Shown in pieces: positions 57,657 to 64,000 of a stretch of DNA of 64,000 nucleotides. This DNA comes from the human T2T-CHM13v2.0 reference genome, Homo sapiens. Position 1 is the first letter of the stretch. Every line of letters starts with the position of its first letter. A program made the position numbers and the translations under genes. The stretch lies in NCBI RefSeq assembly GCF_009914755.1, contig NC_060933.1. The stretch is one strand, 5' to 3'. The notes under the pieces are model-generated. The model made no database searches, was not told the origin of the DNA, and was given only the letters and a program-made list of their open reading frames with translations.

Positions 57657-59129
57657 GTGAGCGCCTGGCGGGGTGGGGGTGCTGGGGGCTGCGCAGATCT
57701 GGAGCCAAAGGTGGCAGTCTTCCTTTAGCCCAGTCCCACAATGCTCTGCCTTTAGCCAGAGGCGGCCACCCGGGGACCCTGGGCGCCCCCCTGCAGATGC
57801 CCACAGGCCTCAGCTGCAGTCTGGTGAGGGCCTCTCAGGGTCCGTCCCCAGCTGCTGTTGCTGGAGGCCTCTTTCTTTCCACTGGCCTCAGGGAAGCTCA
57901 GCTCAAAAGAGCCCATATGCAAAAGCAAGGCGAAGGTGGTGCCAAGACAGGATGGTGGCTGGGAGGGGGCCAGCCATGGGCAGAAGGAACTCCTCTGGCC
58001 ACCCCCAGTGCCCCAGCCTACCACAGGCACATGAGCCACTTCTCCTGCCTCACAGAAGGAGCAGGGGCAGCACCCCGTTTGGTCAGACCCCAGCTCTTGG
58101 GAAAGCATCTTGTAGATCCACTACCTCATTTTAAAGAAGGGGAAAACTGAGCCCAGAGAGGTTAAGAGACTTGCCTGAGGATACCCAGCATTGTGGGTAC
58201 AGAGCCATGCCTGTGGCCCAGGTCTCTTTTCCTGGCCTGGGACCCTTTGGTGGACATGGTCCCAAGATGCTCTCCCCAGCCCTAGAGGGGGAACTTCATT
58301 TCCATGTTAGGGCTGACACCCAGGCCTGGGGTCTTCAAGAGATTGAGTGACTGTTCGAGTCACATGGGCAGGCTCAGCGCCAGGACTGGCTCATGCTCCA
58401 CGCCCCTACATACATCTTCACCTGCCTCATCCCACCACCCAGGGCACAGGGCGGAGTTCACCATGAGTCTGGTGTCCAGGACCACTGCAGCTTCAGTGAA
58501 ACAGCAGCACCTCCTGCCAGCCTCCACCCAGCCCAGTACGCTCATGCGTCCCTCACTGAGTCCCCGCCGTCCTCAAATAGCAAAGCTCAGAGAGGTCTAG
58601 TCTCCTGCCCAAGGCACCTCAGCCTCTAGGTGGAAGCCCCCAGGCCTGCCTGACCCCCAGGCCCAAACCTTCAGCCCCTACTCCACTGCTCCTTAGTGGA
58701 GGTCCTCACGTCCCTACTGGCTTGGACCTCTGTCCCCAGGGCCCTGCTGTGGCCCCATCACCTCTCTACCCTGGATGCAGCCTGCCTGCTCCCAAGTGAG
58801 GCTGGGCCCCGCTGGAGCCCCCACCCTGCTCACAGCCGCACTTAGAAACGGGGCCGGATGTGGGTTCTCTGTCTTTCCCATCAGGCACTGGGGATTGAGC
58901 AATTGCTCAGTGCTCTTCTGAAATTTGGGTCCTAGGAATACAGGCGTCACTGGGAAGTGGCATTACTTGAGCTGTTATCACCTGCTCTTACATTTCCGTT
59001 GACATATTAATGCCTTTGCAGGGATGTTAATCTGCACACAGATCCCTGGTGGGAACAGATGTGCTAGATCATGTCTTAGCTCTTCCTCTCCCCCGCCCCC
59101 GCTTTACTTGTTTCTCCTTCACACGTTCC

Positions 59130-59580
59130 CTTGCTGAACATACAAGCATCGTGTATCCACTGTGTGCCAGCCCTCATGCCAAGAACTAGGGTTGCCGCCA
59201 GCATGGCTCCTGCCCTCAGGGATCCCAGATTCTAACAGGAAAACAGACCCTCGAATGAGTAGTTAGGAGCCAGTGTGAACAAGCCATGTGCAGGGCCTGT
59301 GGGAGTCAGAGAAGGCTTCCTGGAGGAGGTGACACTGAGCTGAGCTGTTAGGGGAGGTGGGCTGTCCAGAAGCAGAAACGGTCCCACAGGGATGGGAAAG
59401 GGAAGGGAGCTGAGATGGAGACCACCGGATCACGTAGGGCCTGTTGCTCCAGGCTCGGGGTCCAGGACCAGGCCCTAAGGTCAGAGAAGCTTCCTAAGAT
59501 TCATGGCGGTGAACAAACGTGGTCAGCTCTGTGTTCTAGAAGAAAGACTGGAGGCCGGGTGGAAGGAGAGGTGAGGGCAG
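59130..59580 (-). mobile_element. L2 relic (representative; others ~2690-2840, 4340-4510, 12870-13200, 30700-31080, 63070-63170)
   Basis: gtcagagaaggcttcctggaggaggtgacactgagctgag is a typical L2 block. Confidence 0.65.
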
Positions 59581-60973
59581 GGACGGAGGAGGAGCAGGAG
59601 ATGAAGGAGAGGCCTCTCCCTGCTGCCACACGGGAACGCAGCCCGTGGAGAGGACGCCTCACCCTCTCAGCCCCAGTGGAGCCCAGACACTGTGGCCTCT
59701 CAGTCCACGGAGTGGGGCTGCCGTCAGACAGGCAGATGGGGGGCTGGGGCTGGGCAAATCCCTCTTCCCTGAACCTCAGTTTCCACCCTGTCCCCGGGAA
59801 CCTCTTGGAGGGAGCATTGCAGGAAACCCAGGCCAGGTGCAGTCTCCCTCAGCTGAGAGAGAAGAGGAGACATGGGGGCATTCTATCCAGCATCCCTTCT
59901 CTATGCCAGGCCTGGGATGGGGTGTCTCCTTCCCTGTGCACCCCTTCCTTGGCTTCACCAGAGCCAACACTGGCTCAGGGTTCAAGTCAGTCATGAACCC
60001 AGCAGGATTGAGTCTAGGATGGGTGTGGCCTCAGTTTCTGAGCAGCCACCTGGCCCCCCACGCCTCGGGTCCTTCCTCCTCACCTGGCATGGTTCCCCCT
60101 CCCACAGTCCCCACCTCTCTCCCCCCACTGTCCCTGCCTGCTCCCGTTCCCTCCAACCCGGCTCAGGGGCCCTCACCTGCAGAGCTGGCTCGGTGCAGCC
60201 GCCAGCAGGGGAGGCCTGGCAGTGCAGAGACCCACTCGAGTAAGACACGTCCCCTGGATGGCCTCAGGCGGGTCCCTGTGCCTCAGTTGCCTCATCTGTA
60301 ACATACCAGCACAATGCCTGGGGTTTGGTGGGAGCTCGGTTCCCCTGGTTCTGCCTGCTCTCAGGCCACCTCTGGGTTTCCAGAGGAACAGGGGATACCC
60401 CATGGTCGCCCCACTGGCCTCAGAGGCTGTCAGGCAGCAGGGATTGTGTCCCGAGAGCCTGCAGCCTCAAGGGCTGAGCTGCGCCATCACAGCCATGGTG
60501 CCCGAGTTATTTACGAGGAAGAGTGAAGCTAGGAGCTGCCGTAGCCCCAGAACCCACCAGAGACTCTGCGCCTCCCCGCTAAATGTCAGACAGCGCTTAT
60601 AGGACATGACATTTAGAAAATCACCACTCTCGGCCACGCGCGTCCCTGCTTAAATGCTGTAATGAGGATTCACTCACATCACAGCGTGAATAACATCCCG
60701 GCCTGGCCCGCCACAGGCCTGGAGGTGGCCTGGGGGTGGGGTCTGTGCTGAGACCTGGGACGGCTCACCTGAGAGGGCCTCCCAGAATTGTACCTCAGAA
60801 CAGCCTCGAGGGGATTTACGGCGAGGTCAGGGGCTCCCCACTGCGACTGTCCCACCGTGGGAAGCACCCAGACCTGGGTCCCAGCTGGGTGCTGGGTGAC
60901 CTTGGGCATGTTCCTGAACCTCTGAGCTCAGTCTCCCATATCAATGGTTACTGGTGTTATTAGAAGTGGGCTA

Positions 60974-61348
<375 letters not shown>

Positions 61349-62414
61349 TCAGTTTCGTTTCCCTGTCTGTAAGATGGGCCTAGCCCTCCCTCTTAGGCCC
61401 GGCATGGTGGCCACACCCTGCAGGTGGTCTGAAAGTGCTGGCCCAGCTCCTTTCCTCCACCCATGCCCCTTTCCAGGCCAGTGTGTCCTGGTCAGTTCCC
61501 AGCTTCCCAGCACCAGAGCAGCTGCCCTGACCAGCAGGCCCACAGCGCCGCCTCTGCCTGCTTTGGGGAAAGGTGGTTGCTTTGAAGCAAAAAGCCCCTG
61601 CACAAAAAGCTGGTATGCAGGTAGCTGGTGAAGAAGTCCTGCCCCACAGGCATGGGCCTGGCACCTGAGAGCCACCCCCGTCTCTAGCTGAGCCGTGGCT
61701 GTCACATGCTCTGGGCCTGCCCTCTCCAGGACCTTCTGTTACTTACAGCTCACTCAGTGTGGCCGGGGACCTTTAGTTTTTGTTTTCTTCCTGGAGCACT
61801 AAATATGTTTTCCCAGGCAGTGAAGCAGACTGATGCCCGTTGGAACTGGGGTTCCTTTTGAGTGCGTCAAGCCCATTTCCTCAAGGTTCTCGCCGCGTTT
61901 GTTAAGAATTCCAGTGCACTGAGATCTGCTGGTTCCGAGGAGATGGGGGCAGCTGTGATTTAACCACCACGTGTGTCCTGGGTGCCACCCTCCTGGGCCA
62001 GGCTGGGGCTGGGGACAGGGAGAGTCCACACCCATTTCAGTCTTGCAAGGAGTGCCCTGTGGAGGGGGTGTCCAGGAGGTTCTGGAAAAATGCAGTTGAG
62101 GGCCACTTTCAGCATATTTGAGCTGGGTGTCCATGCAGCAAAGCCATCCGGACATGCCAGGCCTGCCTGGCCCTCACGGAGCTTGCTGGGTTGGGACAGG
62201 GTGGCTGCAGAGTGCCATTCAGGCAGAAGTAGAGGCGTGGACACAGCACTCTTGGTTCTGGGCTTATTGTTTGCTCAGTGGCTCAATCCCCCCCCCCCGC
62301 CCCTGCCAGGCACCAGTTACCCACTGGGGAAAGGACAGAGGCAGTGCCCTGTGGCCACCCACCTCCAAGCCCGCTCACCCGGGCCTATCCCTCTGCTTGT
62401 CTCCCCCACTGCAG

Positions 62415-62523
62415 TACTTTAAGAAGCAGAAGCGGCTCATCCCGGAGAGGACAGTATGGAAGTACTTTGTGCAGCTGTGCAGCGCCGTGGAGCACATGCA
62501 TTCACGCCGGGTGATGCACCGAG
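62415..62523 (+). CDS. NEK6: NEK6 exon 6, aa 136-171 + first base of Asp172 (HRD)
   Basis: Acceptor ctgcAG|TAC, donor GAG|GTACGT, 109 nt; [36 protein letters not shown]. Confidence 0.98.
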
Positions 62524-63422
62524 GTACGTGCCACCCGCCAGGAGCCGCCCGGAGCCACCTGGAGCCCAGGAAGACACTTCCTCATGGCTCCTCCAGGGTC
62601 CTCAGGGGCAGCCCCTTGAGGAAGTTGGACCGCTCTGTATTCCCCAGGCAAGGGGGCTGCCCAGCAACCGCGCACACACACGCGCCCGGGTCAGGAACCT
62701 CCCCGAGGTGGAAAGTGACATGAGCCCCAGGGGGCAGGGGCCCCGCTTGGCACACCACTTCCAGTTCCCCACAGCAGCCTGGGAGGGAGGTCGAGGAAGC
62801 CTCGCACAGAGGGGACTTTCATGGGGGCTTTGCCGTCTCAGCGGGCTGGGCTGAGAAGGGGAGGCACCTGAGAGGGGTGTTTCCACAGTTGACATGATTC
62901 CGAGTTGTGAGAAAGGAGCCTGCTGGGTGCCCGGCAGGGCACGAGGTCCTTTACGTAGGCTGCTTCATGGACACCTCCGTTCCTTCACTCTACCTGTATC
63001 TCTTGGTGTCTGCTGTATTGGAGGCCCCGCCCTCACTGGGGGGTACGGCACTGGGTGCTCCACTGAGCACTCCGTTCATTCATTACGCAGATTTTCCCTG
63101 AGGGCCTCCTGTGTGCGAGGCACTGTTCTAGGCATGGAGGATACAGCTCTAGAGCAGGAAACAGGAGCACAGAAACCCCTGCTGTCTTAACCCTCACAGC
63201 AGCTCTGTCAAGTTGGTGGAGGGAGACCCATTTTTCATATGAAGAAACTGAGGCTCAGAAATGGTCAATTTCCCGAGGTCCCACAGCCAGAGCCAGGACA
63301 GGGCCTTGCCCTGAGGGAGCAGGACCTGGGCTAGGCCTCACCTTCCTCCCCCTTCCTCTCGTCCTGCCCCACCTACCCCAAGCCTCCTACCCCACACCAA
63401 TCTCCTTCTCCTCGCCCTGCAG

Positions 63423-63530
63423 ACATCAAGCCTGCCAACGTGTTCATCACAGCCACGGGCGTCGTGAAGCTCGGTGACCTTGGTCTGGGCCGCTTCTTCA
63501 GCTCTGAGACCACCGCAGCCCACTCCCTAG
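63423..63530 (+). CDS. NEK6: NEK6 exon 7, aa 172-207 (DIKPAN, DLG motif, activation loop Ser206)
   Basis: Acceptor ctgcAG|AC, donor TAG|GTAAGG, 108 nt; (D)[35 protein letters not shown]. The gene continues beyond the window. Confidence 0.98.
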
Positions 63531-64000
63531 GTAAGGGGGACCTGTCTGTGCCCCAGCAGCCCCCAGCGGTCCTGGTGACCATGCAGGGAGACGCAAACAT
63601 TCTCCCCACGTGTGTTTGGTCAGTTAGTGCAGGAAGATGCCTTTTTTAAGCCCCAGGGTTTTCTCATCTGTTCAGAATAGTGACCCAGAAGGGAATCAGC
63701 TGTGGCCAGAGGAGCCCAGCTGGGGCTTCCCACACCCCCTGATCACCTCCCAGCCCTTGCGGGAGAAGCTGACTGAGCCGGTTGCTTGGAGCAGGGGGCG
63801 TGTCTGTGGCACAGGGCGGTCATCTTCCCACTGCTGTGAGTGTCCCGTTCACGGGCAGCACCCTTGGTCCATCCCTCCTAGGGGGTGGACATTTGCACTG
63901 TTCCTAGTTTCTGGCTTTTAAACTGGCGGTTTTGAGGCTGTGGGGACCAGGTGCCTGCCAGGGAGGAGGTGACATTGTAGCTGGACCATAAAGGGAGACC

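Overview
Mammalian (primate, almost certainly human) GC-rich genomic DNA covering the middle of NEK6 (NIMA-related kinase 6) on the + strand. Six GT-AG coding exons (38052-38141, 48596-48736, 50010-50072, 57546-57656, 62415-62523, 63423-63530) splice into residues 1-207 of the 313-aa kinase. The main first exon and the 3' exons lie outside the window. Alternative 5' exons at about 28.6 and 29.0 kb add in-frame N-terminal extensions of 25 and 34 aa. The rest is intron with about 26 Alus, a nested L1, MLT1, Tigger3- and MER45-like elements and many MIR/L2 relics; repeat families are assigned from remembered consensus features and boundaries are approximate. I see no wholly new gene system. The most notable observations are: (1) an Alu split by a 116-bp copy of sequence 1.47 kb downstream; (2) the long-isoform coding exon appears to be an exonised L2; (3) an out-of-frame AUG 7 nt upstream of the main start opens an overlapping uORF that the long isoforms would bypass; (4) a candidate further in-frame 5' exon at 22.4-22.6 kb; (5) a TAATTA-rich candidate enhancer at 39.9-40.1 kb; (6) phase-0 exons 3-5 flanked by inverted Alus, which could form a stop-free circRNA.
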